Source of the DNA: Eledone cirrhosa
Lineage: Eukaryota
DNA: 64,000 bases
Assembly: GCA_964016885.1 (NCBI GenBank)
Contig: OZ024740.1
Location: forward strand, 20,646,001 to 20,710,000
Direction: 5' to 3'
How positions within the stretch are numbered: position 1 is the stretch's first letter; the number at the start of each line of letters is the position of its first letter. The position numbers and the translations under genes are program-made. Under the pieces are notes generated by a model that did not search any database, was not told the DNA's origin, and saw only the letters and a program-made list of their open reading frames with translations. Shown in pieces: positions 9,701 through 24,700 of the stretch.

Positions 9701-12700
9701 ACATGGTGTCAGACCCTCTACCTATACTGCCACTTCACCACCCTAGCATGGTGACCGACCCTCTAGCTATACTGCCAGTCCACCACCCTATCATGGTATC
9801 CAGCCCTCTACCTATACGGCCAGTTCACCACCCTAACATGGTGTCAGACCCTCTACCAATACTGCCAATCCACCACCCTAACATGGTGTCAGACGCTCTA
9901 CCTATACTGCCAATCCACCACCCTAACATGGTGTCAGACCCTCTACCTATACTGCCAATCCACCATCCTAACATGGTGTCAGACCCTCTACCATTACTGC
10001 CAATCCACCAAACTAGCATAGCGTCAGCCCCTCTACAGATACTGCCAATCGACCACCCTAACATGGTGTCATACCCTCTAACAATACTGCCAATCCACCA
10101 CCCTAGCATAGCGTCAGACCCTCTACCTATACTGCAAATCCACCACCCTAGCATCGTGTCAGACCCTCTACCTATACTATCAATCCACCACCCTAACATG
10201 GTGTCAGACCCTCTACCAATACTGCCAATCCACCACCCTAGCATGGCGTCAGACCCTCTACCGATACTGCCAATCCACCACCCTAACATGGTGTCAGAGC
10301 CTCTACAAATACTGCCAATCCACCACCCTAGCATGGTATCAGACCCTCTATCTATACTGCCAATCCACCACCCTAGAATGGTGTCTGACCCTCTACCTAT
10401 ACTGCCAATACACCACCCTAGCATGGTGTCAGACCCTCTACCTGTACTACCAATCCACCACCCTAGCATGGTTTCCGAACCTCTACCGATATTGCCAATA
10501 CACCACCCTAGCTTTGTGTCAGACCCTCTACCTGTACTACCAATCCACCACCCTAGCATGGTGTCAGTCCCTCTACGTATACTGCCAGTCCACCACCCTA
10601 ACATGGCCTCAGACCCTCTACCGATACTGCCAATCCACCACCCAAAAATCGTGTCAGACCCTCTACCGATACTGCCAATCCACCACCCTAGCATGGTGTC
10701 CGACCCTCTACCGATACTGCCAATCCAACACCCTAGCATGGTGTCTGACCATCTACCAATGCTGCCAATCCACCACCCTAGCATGGTGTCAGACCCTCTA
10801 CCGACACTGCCAATCCACCGCCCTAGCATGGTGTCCGACCCTCTACCTGTACTACCAATCCACCACCCTAGCATGTTTTCCGAACATCTACCGATACTGC
10901 CAATCCACCACCCTAGCATGGTGTCCGACCCTCTACCGATACTGCCAATCCACCACCCTAGCATGGTGTCAGACCCTCTACCTATATTACCAATCCACCA
11001 CCCTAACATGGCGTCAGACACTCTACCTATACTGCCAATCCAACACCTTAACATAGTGTCCAACCATCTACCTATACTGCCAATCCACCACCCAAGCATA
11101 GCGTCAGACCCTCTACCTATAATGCCAATCCACCACCCTAACATGGTGTCCAACCCTCTATTATACTTCCAGTCCACCACCCTAACATGGCGTCTGACCC
11201 TCTTCCTATACTGCCAATCCACCACCATAGCATGGTGTCTGACCCTCTACCTATACTGCCAATCCACCACCCTAGCATGGTGTCCAGCCCTCCACTGATA
11301 CTGCCAATCCACCACCCTAGCATGGCGTCAGACCCTCTACCGATACTGCCAATCCACCACCCTAACATGGTGTCAGAGCCTCTACCGATACTACCAATCC
11401 ACCATCCTAGCATGGTGTCAGACACTCTACCGATACTGCCAATCCACCACCCTAGCATGGTGTCTGACCCTCTACCTATACTGCCAGTCCACCACCCTAA
11501 CATGGCGTCAGACCCTCTACCTATGCTGCCAGTCCACCACCCTAGCATGGTGTCCAGCCCTCTACCTATACTGCCAATCCACCACCCTAACATGGTGTCC
11601 AACCCTCTACATATACTGCCAATCCACCACCCTAGCATGGTGTCTGACCGTCTACCTATACTGACAATCCAATATCCTAACATGGTGTCAGACGCTCCAC
11701 CTATACTGCCAATCCACCACCCTAGCATGGTGTCAGACCCTCTACCTACACTGTCTGTCCACCACCCAAACATGGTGTCAGACACTCTACCTATACTACC
11801 AATCCACCACCCTAACATGGTGTCAGACGATCTACGAATACTGCCAATCCACCACCCTAACATGGTGTCAGACGCTCTACCAATACTGCCAATCCACCAC
11901 TCTAGCATGGCGTCAGATCCTCTACCGATACTGCCAATCCACCACCCTAGCATGGTGTCAGACCATCTACCAATACTGCCAAACCACCACCCTAGCATGG
12001 CGTCAGACCCTCTACCAATACTGCCAATCCACCACTCTAGCATGGCATCAGACCCTCTGCCGATACTGCCATTTCACCGCCCTAGCATGGTGTCAGACCC
12101 TCTACCAATACTACTAATCCACCACCCCTACATGGTGTCAGACCCTCTACCTATACTGCCAATCCACCACCCTAACATGGTGTCAGACCCGCTACCGATA
12201 CTACCAAACCACCACCCTAGCATAGTGTCAGACCCTCTAGCTATACTGCCAATCCACCACCCCAGCATGGTGTCAGACCCTCTACCAATACTGCCAATAC
12301 ACCACCCTAACATGGTGTCAGACCCTCTACCAATACTGCCAATCCACCACCCTAGCATGGTGTCCAGCCCTATACCTATACTGTCAGACACCACCCTAAC
12401 ATGGCCTCAGACCCTCTACCTATACTGCCAATCCACCACCCTAACATGGTGTCAGACCCGCTACCGATACTACCAAACCACCACCCTAGCATGGTGTCAG
12501 ACCCTCTACCCATACTACCAATCCACCACCCTAACATGGTGTCAGACGCTCTACCTATACTGCCAGTCCACCACCCCAGCATGGCGTCAGACCCTCTACC
12601 AATACTGCCAATACACCACCCTAACATGGTGTCAGACCCTCTACCAATACTGCCAATCCACCACCCTAGCATGGTGTCAGATCCTCTAGCTATACTACCA

Positions 12701-15700
12701 ATCCCCCACACTTACATGGTGTCAGACCCTCTACCAATACTGCCAATCCACCACACTACCATGGTGTCAGACCCTCTACCTATACTACCAATCCACCAAC
12801 CTAGCATGGCGTCAGACCCTCTACCGACACTGCCATTTCACCGCCCTGGCATGGTGTCTGACCCTCTACCAATACTACTAATCCACCACCCCTAAATGTG
12901 TCAGACCCTCTACCTATACTACCAATCCGCCACTCTAACATGGAGTCAGACCCTCTACCTATACTGCCAATCCACCACCCTAACATGGCGTCAGACCCTC
13001 TACTGATACTGCCAATCCACCACCCTAGAATGGTGTCCAGCCCTCTGCCTATACTGCCAGTCCACCACCCTAACATGGCCTCAGACCCTCTACCGATACT
13101 GCCAATCCACCACCCTAACATGGTGTCAGACCCTCTACCTATACTACAAATCCACCACCCTAGCATGGTGTGCGACCCTCTACCGATACTGCCAATCCAC
13201 CACCCTAACATAGTGTCAGACCCTCTACCAATACTGCCAGTCCACCACCCTAGCATGGTGTCCGACCCTCTACCGATACTGCCAATCCACCACCCTAGCA
13301 TGGTGTCCGACCCTCTACCGATACTGCCAATCCACCACCCTAGCATGGTGTCCGACCCTCTACCAATACTGCTAATCCACCACCCTAACATGGTGTCAAA
13401 TGCTCTACCTATACTGCCAATCCACGACCCTAACATGGCGTCAGACCCTCTACCAATACTACCAAACCACCACCCTAGCATGGTGTCAGACCCTCTACCA
13501 ATACTACCAAACCACCACCCTAACATGGCGTCAGACCCTCTAACGATACTGCCAATCCACCACCCTAACATGGTGTCAGACCCTCTAACGATACTGCCAA
13601 TCCACCACCCTAGCATGGTGTCAGACCCTCTACCAATACTGCCAATCCACCACCCTAGCATTGCGTCCCACCCTCTACCAATACTGCCAATCCACCAGCC
13701 TAGCATGGCGAAAGACCCTCCACCAATACTGCCAATCCAACAACCTAGCATGGCATCAGACCCTCTACCGATACTGCCAATCCACCACCCTAGCATGATG
13801 TCCGACCCTCTACCGATACTGCCAATACACAACCCTAGCATAGTGTCAGACCCTCTACCGATACTGCCAATCCACCACCCTAGCATGGTGTCCGACCCTT
13901 TATCGATACTGCCAATCCACCACCCTAACATGGTGTCAGACCCACTACCAATACTGCCAGTCCACCACCCTAGCATGGTGTTCGACCCTCTACAGATACT
14001 GCCAATCCACCACCCTTGCATGGTGTCCGACCCTCTACCAATACTGCCAATCCACGACCCTAACATGGTGTCAGACGCTCTACCTATACTGCCAATCCAC
14101 AACCCTAGCATGGTGTCAGACCCTCTACCTACATTGCCTGTCCACCGCCCAAACCTGGTGTCAGACACTCTACCTATACTACCAATCCACCACCCTAGCA
14201 TGGTGTCAGACCCTCTACCAATACTGCCAATCCACCACTCTAGCATGGCGTCAGACCCTCTACCGATACTGCCAATCCACCACCCTAGCATGGCATCAGA
14301 CACTCTACCAATACTGCCAATCCACCACCCTAGCATGGCGTCAGACCCTCTACCAATACTGCTAATCCACCACCCTAGCATGGCGTCAGACCCGCTACCG
14401 ATACTGCCATTTCACCGCCCTAGCATGGTGTCAGACCCTCGACCAATACTACTAATCCACCACCCCTACATGGTGTCAGACCCTCTACCTATACTGCCAA
14501 TCCACCACCCTAACATGGTGTCAGACCCGCTACCGATACTACCAAACCGCCACCCTAGCATGGTGTCAGACCCTCTACATGTACTGCCAATCCACCACCC
14601 TAACATGGTGTCAGACCCTCTACCGATACTGCCAATCCACCGCCCTAGCATGGCGTTAGACCCTCTAACGATACTTCCAATCCACCACCCTAACATGGTG
14701 TCAGACCCTCTACAGATACTGCCAATCCACCACCCTAACATAGTGTCAGACCCTCTACCAATACTGCCAGTCCACCACCCTAGCATGGCGTCAGACCCTC
14801 TACCGATACTGCCAATCCACCACTCTAGCATAGCGTCAGACCCTCTACCGATACTGCCAATCCACCAGCCTAGCATGGCGTCAGACCCTCTACCAATACT
14901 GCCATTCCACCACCCTAGCATGGCATCAGACCCTCTACCGATACTGCCAATCCACCACCCTAGCATCGTGTCAGACCCTCTAACGATACTGCTAATCCAC
15001 CACCCTAGCATGGTGTCCGACCCTCTACCTATACTTCCAATGCACTACCCTAGAATGGTGTCCGACCCTTTATCGATACTGCCAAACCACCACCCTAACA
15101 TGGTGTCAGACCCACTACCAATACTGCCAGTCCACCTCCCTAGCATGGTGTCCGACCCTCTACCAATAGTGCCAATCCACCACACTACCATGGTGTCAGA
15201 CCCTCTACCTATACTACCAATCCACCACCCTAGCATGGTGTCAGACCCTCTACCTACACTGCCTGTCCACCACCCAAACATGGTGTCAGACACTCTACCT
15301 AAACTACCAATCCACCACCCTAACATCGTGTCAGACGCTCTACCAATACTGCCAATCCACCACTCTAGCATGGCGTCAGATCCTCTACCGATACTGCCAA
15401 TCCACCACCCTAGCTTGGTGTCAGACCCTCTACCAATACTGCCATTTCACCGCCCTAGCATGGTGTCAGACCTTCTACCAATACTACTAATCCACCAACC
15501 CTACATGGTGTCAGACCGTCTACCTATTCTGCCAATCCACCACCCTAACATGGTGTGAGACCCGCTACCGATACTACCAAACCACCACCCTAGCATGGTG
15601 TCAGACCCTCTACCTATACTACCAATCCCCCACACTAACATGGCGTCAGACCCTCTACCTATACTGCCAGTCCACCACTCTAACATGGCGTCAGACACTC

Positions 15701-18700
15701 TACTGATACTGCCAGACACCAACCTTGCATGGTGTCCAGCTCTCTACCTATACTGCCAGACACCACCCTAACATGGCCTCAGACCCTCTATCTATACTGC
15801 CAATCCACCACCCTAACATGGTGTCAGACGCTCTACCTATACTGCCAGTCCACCAACCCAGCATAGCGTCACACACTCTACCAATACTGCCAATACACCA
15901 CCCTAGCATGGTGTCAGATCCTCTAGCTATACTGCCAATCCACCACCCTTACATGGTGTCAGACCCTCTACCAATACTGCCAATCCACCACACTACCATG
16001 GTGTCAGACCCTCTACCTATACTACCAATCCACCACCCTAGCATGGCGTCAGACCCTCTACCGATACTGCAATTTCACCGCCCTAGCATGGTGTCTGACC
16101 CTCTATCAATACTACTAATCCACCACCCCTACATGTGTCAGACCCTCTACCTATACTACCAAAGCACCAGGCTAACATGGTGGCAGACCCTCTACAGATA
16201 CTACCAATCCACCACCCTAACTTGGAGTCAGACCCTCTACCAATACTGCCAGTCCACCACCCTAGCATGGTGTCCGACCCTCTACCGATACTGCCAATCC
16301 ACCGCCCTAACATGGTGTCTGACACTCTACCTATACTACCAATCCACCACCCTAGCATGGTGTCAGACACTCTACCAATACTGCCAATCCACCACTCTAG
16401 CATGGCGTCAGACCCTCTACCGATACTACCAATCTACCACCCAAGCATGGCATCAGACCCTCTACCAATACTGCCAATCCACCACCCTAGCATGGCGTCA
16501 GACCCTCTACCAATACTGCAAATCCACCACCCTAACATGGTGTCAGACCCTCTACCAATACTGCTAATCCACCACTCTAGCATGGCGTCAGACCCGCTAC
16601 CGATACTGCCATTTCACCGCCCTAGCATGGTGTCAGACCCTCTAACAATACTGCCAATCCACCACACTACCATGGTGTCAGACCCTCTACCTATACTACC
16701 AATCCACCACCCTAGCATGGCGTCAGACCCTCTACCGATACTGCCATTTCACCGCCCTAGCATGGTGTCAGACCCCCTACCAATACTGCCAATCCACCAC
16801 ACTACCATGGTGTCAGACCCTCTACCAATACTGCCAATCCACCACCCTAGCATGGCGCCAGACCCTCTACCAATACTACTAATCCACCATTCCCTACATG
16901 TGTCAGACCCTCTACCTATACTACCAATCCACCACCCTACAATGGTGGCAGACCCTCTACCGATGCTACCAATCTACCACCCTAGCATGGTGTCAGACCC
17001 TCTACCTATACTGCCAATCCACCACCCGAACATGGCGTCAGACCCTCTACTGATACTGCCAATACACCACCCTAGCATGGTGTCAGACCCTCTACCTAAA
17101 CTGGCAAACCACCACCCTAGCATGGTGTCCAGCCCTCTACCTATACTGCCAATCCACTACCCTAGAATGGTGGCCGACCCTTTATCGATACTGCCAAACC
17201 ACCACCCTAACATGGTGTCAGACCCACTACCAATACTGCCAGTCTACCTCCCTAGCATGGTGTCCGACCCTCTACCAATACTGCCAATCCACCAGACTAC
17301 CATGGTGTCAGACCCTCTACCTATACTACCAATCCACCACCCTAGCATGGTGTCAGACCCTCTACCTACACTGCCTGTCCACCACCCAAACATGGTGTGA
17401 GGCACTCCACCTAAACTACCAATCCACCACCCTAACATCATGTCAGACGTTCTACCAATACTGCCAATCCACCACTCTAGCATGGCGTCAGATCCTCTAC
17501 CGATACTGCCAATCCACCACCCTAGCATGGTGTCAGACCCTCTACCAATACTGCCAATCCACCACCCTAGCATGGCGTCAGACCCTCTACCAATACTGCC
17601 AATCCACCGCCCTAGCATGGTGTCAGACCCTCTAACAATACTACTAATCCACCAACCCTACATGGTGTCAGACCCTCTACCTATACTGCCAATCCACCAA
17701 CCTAACATGGTGTGAGACCCGCTACCGATACTACCAAACCACCACCCTAGCATGGTGTCAGACCCTCTACCTATACTACCAATCCACCACATTAACATGG
17801 CGTCAGACCCTCTACCTATACTGCCAATCCACCACTCTAACATGGCGTCAGACCCTCTACTGATACTGCCAGACACCAACCTAGCATGGTGTCCAGCCCT
17901 CTACCTATACTGCCAGACACCACCCTAACATGGCCTCAGACCCTCTACCTATACTGCCAATCCACCACCATAACATGGTGTCAGACCCGCTACCGATACT
18001 ACCAAACCACTACCCTAGCATGGTGTCAGACCCTCTACCTATACTATCAATCCACCACCCTAACATGGTGTCAGACGCTCTACCTATACTGCCAGTCCAC
18101 CAACCCAGCATAGCGTCAGACACTCTACCAATACTGCCAATACACCACCCTAACATGGTGTCAGACCCTCTACCAATACTGCCAATCCACCACCCTAGCA
18201 TGGTGTCAGATCCTCTAGCTATACTACCAATCCACCACCCTTACATGGTGTCAGACCCTCTACCAATACTGCCAATCCACCACACTACCATGGTGTCAGA
18301 CCCTCTACCTATACTACCAATCCACCACCCTAGCATGGCGTCAGACCCTCTATCAATACTACTAATCCACCACTCCTACATGTGTCAGACCCTCTACCTA
18401 TACTACCAAAGCACCACCCTAACATGGTGGCAGACCCTCTACCGATACTACCAATCCACCACCCTAGCATGGTGTCAGACCTTCTACCTATACTACAAAT
18501 CCGCCACCCTAACATGGAGTCAGACCCTCTACCTATACTGCCAATCCACCACCCTAACATGGCGTCAGACCCTCTACTGATACTGCCAATCCACCACCCT
18601 AGCATGGTGTCCAGCCCTCTACCTATACTGCCAGTCCACCTCCCAAACATGGCCTCAGACCCTCTACCGATACTGCCAACCCACCACCCTAACATGGTGT

Positions 18701-21700
18701 CAGACCCTCTACTTATACTACCAATCCACCACCCTAGCATGGTGTGCGACCCTCTACCGATACTGCCAATCCACCACCCTAACATAGTGTCAGACCCTCT
18801 ACCAATACTGCCAGTCCACCACCCTAGCATGGTGTCCGACCCTCTACCGATACTGCCAATCCACCACCCTAGCATGGTGTCCGACCCTCTACCAATACTG
18901 CTAATCACCCTAACATGGTGTCAGATGCCCTACCTATACTACCAATCCACCACCCTAGCATGGTGTCAGACACTCTACCAATACTGCCAATCCACCACTC
19001 TAGCATGGCGTCAGACCCACTACCGATACTGCCAATCTACCACCCAAGCATGGCATCAGACCCTCTACCAATACTGCCAATCCACCACCCTAGCATGGCG
19101 TCAGACCCTCTACCAATACTGCCAATCCACCACCCTAACATGGTGTCAGACCCTCTACCAATACTGCTAATCCACCACTCTAGCATGGCGTCAGACCCGC
19201 TACCGATACTGCCATTTCACCGCCCTAGCATGGTGTCAGACCCTCTACCAATACTGCCAATCCACCACACTACCATGGTGTCAGACCCTCTACCTACACT
19301 ACCAATCCACCACCCTAGCATGGCATCAGACCCTCTACCGATACTGCCAATCCACCACCCTAGCATGGTGTCCGACCCTCTACCAATACTGCCAATCCAC
19401 CACACTACCATGGTGTCAGACCCTCTACCAATACTGCCAATCCACCACCCTAGCATGGCGTCAGACCCTCTACCAATACTACTAATCCACCATTCCCTAC
19501 ATGTGTCAGACCCTCTACCTATACTACCAATCCACCACCCTAATATGGTGGCAGACCCTCTACCGATGCTACCAATCCACCACCCTAGCATGGTGTCAGA
19601 CCCTCTATCTATACTACCAATCCGCCACCCTAACATGGAGTCAGACCCTCTACCTATACTGCCAATCCACCACCCTAACATGGCGTCAGACTCTCTACTG
19701 ATACTGCCAATCCACCACCCTAGCATGGTGTCCAGCCCTCTACCTATACTGCCAGTCCACCACCCTAACATGGCCTCAGACCCTCTACCGATACTGCCAA
19801 TCCACCACACTAACATGGTGTCAGACCCTCTACCTATACTACCAATCCACCACCCTAGCATGGTGTGCGACCCTCTACCGATACTGCTAATTCACCACCC
19901 TAACATAGTGTCAGACCCTCTACCAATACTGCCAGTCCACCACCCTAACATGGTGTCAGACCCTCTACCTATACTGCCAATCCACCACCCTAAGATGGCG
20001 TCAGAACCTCTACCGATACTGCCAATCCACCACCCTAACATGGTGTCAGACACTCTACCGATACTGCCAATCCACCACCCTAGCATGGCGTCAGACCCTC
20101 TACCGATACTGCCAATCCACCACCCTAGCATGGCGTCAGACCCTCTACCTATACTGCCAATCCACCACCCTAACATGGTGTCAGACCCTCTACCGATACT
20201 GCCAATCCACCACCCTAGCATGGCGTCAGATGCTCTACCGATACTGCCAATCGACCACCCTAGCATAGCGTCAGACCCTCTACCGATACTGCCAATCCAC
20301 CACCCTAGCATTGGGTCAGACTCTCTACCAATACTGCCAATCCACCAGCCTAGCATGGCGTCAGACCCTCCACCAATACTGCCAATCCACCATCCTAGCA
20401 TAGCGTCAGACCCTCTACCAATACTGCCAATCCACCACCCTAGCATGGCATCAGACCCTCTACCGATACTGCCAATCCACCACCCTAGCATGGTGTCCGA
20501 CCCTTTATCGATACTGCCAATCCACCACCCTAACATGGTGTCAGACCCACTACCAATTCGGCCAGTCCACCAACCTAGCATGGTGTTCGACCCTCTACAG
20601 ATACTGCCATTCCACCACCCTTGCATGGTGTCCGACCCTCTACCAATACTGCCAATCCACCACCCTAACGTTGGTGTCAGACGCTCTACCTATACTGCCA
20701 ATCTGCCAACCTAGCATGGTGTCAGGCCCTCTACCTACACTGCCTGTCCACCACCCAAACATGGTGTCAGACACTCTACCTATACTACCAATCCGCCACC
20801 CTAGCATGGTGTCAGACCCTCTACCAATACTGCCAATCCACCACTCTAGCATGGCGTCAGACCCTCTACCGATACTGCCAATCCACCACCCTAGCATCGT
20901 GTCAGACCCTCTACCGATACTGCCAATACACCACCCTAGCATGGTGTCAGACCCTCTACCGATACTGGCAATCCACCACCCTAGCATGATGTCCAGCCCT
21001 CTACCTATACTGCCAATCCACCACCCTAGAATGGTGTCCGACCCTTTATCGATACTGCCAAACCACCACCCTAACATGGTGTCAGACCCACTACTAATAC
21101 TGCCAGTCCACCTCCCTAGCATGGAGTCCGATCCTCTACCAATACTGCCAATCCACCACCCTAACATTGTGTCAGACGCTCTACCTATACTGCCAATCCA
21201 CCACCCTAGCATGGTGTCAGACGTTCTACCTACACTGCCTGTTCACCACCCAAACATGGTGTCAGACACTCTACCTATACTACCAATCTACCACCCTAAC
21301 ATGGTGTCAGACGCTCTACCAATACTGACAATCCACCACTCTAGCTTGGCGTCAGATCCTCTACCGATACTGCCAATCCACCACCCTAACATGGTGTCAG
21401 ACCCGCTACCGATACTACCAAGCCACCACCCTAGCATGGTGTCAGACACTCTACCTATACTGCCAATTCACCATCCTAACATGGCGTCAGACCCTCTACT
21501 GATACTGCCAAACCACCACCCTAGCATGGTGTCCAGCCCTCTAACTATACTGCCAGACACCACCCTAGCATGGTGTCCGACCCTCTACCTATACTGCCAA
21601 TCCACCACCCTAGCATGGTGTCCGACCCTTTATCGATACTGCCAAACCACCACCCTAACATGGTGTCAGACCCTCTACCAATACTGCCGATCCACCACCC

Positions 21701-24700
21701 TAACATGGTGTCAGACGCTCTACCTATGCTGCCAATCCACCACCCTAGCATGGTGTCAGACCCTCTACCTACACTGTTTGTCCACCACCCAAACATGGTG
21801 TCAGACACTCTACCTATACTACCAATCCACCACCCTAACATGGTGTCAGACGATCTACCAATACTGCCAGTCCACCACCCTAGCATGGTGTCCGACCCTC
21901 TACCGATACTGCCAATCCACCACCCTAGCATGGTGTCCGACCCTCTACCAATACTGCTAATCCACCACCCTAACATGGTGTCAGATGCTCTACCTATACT
22001 GCCAATCCACCACCCTAACATGGCGTCAGACCCTCTACCAATACTACCAAACCACCACCCTAGCATGGTGTCAGACCCTCTACCAATACTACCAAACCAC
22101 CACCCTAACATGGTGTCAGACACTCTACCTATACTGCCAATCCACCACCCTAGCATGGCGTCAGACCCTCTAACGATACTGCCAATCTACCACCCAAGCA
22201 TGGCATCAGACCCTCTACCAATACTGCCAATCCACCACCCTAACATGGTGTCAGACCCTCTACCAATACTGCTACTCCACCACTCTAGCATGGCGTCAGA
22301 CCCGCTACCGATACTGCCATTTCACCGCCCTAGCATGGTGTCAGACCCTCTACCAATACTGCCAATCCACCACCCTAGCATGGCGTCAGACCCTCTACCA
22401 ATACTGCCAATCCACCAACCTAACATGGTGTCAGACCCTCTACCAATACTGCCAATCCACCACCCTAGCATGGCGTCAGACCCTCTACCAATACTGCCAA
22501 TCCACCACCCTAACATGGTGTCAGACCCTCTACCAATACTGCTAATCCACCACTCTAGCATGGCGTCAGACCCGCTACCGATACTGCCATTTCACCGCCC
22601 TAGCATGGTGTCAGACCCTCTACCAATACTGCCAATCCACCACACTACCATGGTGTCAGACCCTCTACCTACACTACAAATCCACCACCCTAGCAAAGCG
22701 TCAGACCCTCTAACGATACTGCCATTTCACCGCCCTAGCATGGTGTCAGACCCTCTACCAATACTGCCAATCCACCACACTACCATGGTGTCAGACCCTC
22801 TACCAATACTGCCAATCCACCACCCTAGCATGGCGTCAGACCCTCTACCAATACTACTAATCCACCATTCCCTACATGTGTCAGACCCTCTACCTATACT
22901 ACCAATCCACCACCCTAATATGGTGGCAGACCCTCTACCGATGCTACCAATCCACCACCCTAGCATGGTGTCAGACCCTCTATCTATACTACCAATCCGC
23001 CACCCTAACATGGAGTCAGACCCTCTACCTATACTGCCAATCCACCACCCTAACATGGTGTCCAGCCCTCTACCTATACTGCCAGTCCACCACCCTAACA
23101 TGGCCTCAGACCCTCTACCGATACTGCCAATCCACCACACTAACATGGTGTCAGACCCTCTACCTATAATACCAATCCACCACCCTAGCATGGTGTGCGA
23201 CCCTCTACCGATACTGCTAATCCACCACCCTAACATAGTGTCAGACCCTCTACCAATACTGCCAGTCCACCACCCTAACATGGTGTCAGACCCTCTACCT
23301 ATACTGCCAATCCACCACCCTAGCATGGTGTCAGACGTTCTACCTACACTGCCTGTTCACCACCCAAACATGGTGTCAGACACTCTACCTATACTACCAA
23401 TCCACCACCCTAACATGGTGTCAGACGCTCTACCAATACTGACAATCCACCACTCTAGCTTGGCGTCAGATCCTCTACCGATACTGCCAATCCACCACCC
23501 TAACATGGTGTCAGACCCGCTACCGATACTACCAAGCCACCACCCTAGCATGGTGTCAGACACTCTACCTATACTGCCAATTCACCATCCTAACATGGCG
23601 TCAGACCCTCTACTGATACTGCCAAACCACCACCCTAGCATGGTGTCCAGCCCTCTAACTATACTGCCAGACACCACCCTAGCATGGTGTCCGACCCTCT
23701 ACCTATACTGCCAATCCACCACCCTAGCATGGTGTCCGACCCTTTATCGATACTGCCAAACCACCACCCTAACATGGTGTCAGACCCTCTACCAATACTG
23801 CCGATCCACCACCCTAACATGGTGTCAGACGCTCTACCTATGCTGCCAATCCACCACCCTAGCATGGTGTCAGACCCTCTACCTACACTGTTTGTCCACC
23901 ACCCAAACATGGTGTCAGACACTCTACCTATACTACCAATCCACCACCCTAACATGGTGTCAGACGATCTACCAATACTGACGGTCCACCACCCTAGCAT
24001 GGTGTCCGACCCTCTACCGATACTGCCAATCCACCACCCTAGCATGGTGTCCGACCCTCTACCAATACTGCTAATCCACCACCCTAACATGGTGTCAGAT
24101 GCTCTACCTATACTGCCAATCCACCACCCTAACATGGCGTCAGACCCTCTACCAATACTACCAAACCACCACCCTAGCATGGTGTCAGACCCTCTACCAA
24201 TACTACCAAACCACCACCCTAACATGGTGTCAGACACTCTACCTATACTGCCAATCCACCACCCTAGCATGGCGTCAGACCCTCTAACGATACTGCCAAT
24301 CTACCACCCAAGCATGGCATCAGACCCTCTACCAATACTGCCAATCCACCACCCTAGCATGGCGTCAGACCCTCTACCAATACTGCCAATCCACCACCCT
24401 AACATGGTGTCAGACCCTCTACCAATACTGTTAATCCACCACTCTAGCATGGCGTCAGACCCGCTACCGATACTGCCATTTCACCGCCCTAGCATGGTGT
24501 CAGACCCTCTACCAATACTGCCAATCCACCACACTACCATGGCGTCAGACCCTCTACCGACACTGCCATTTCACCGCCCTGGCATGGTGTCTGACCCTCT
24601 ACCAATACTACTAATCCACCACCCCTACATGTGTCAGACCCTCTACCTATACTACCAATCCACCACCCTAACATGGTGGCAGACCCTCTACCTATACTGC

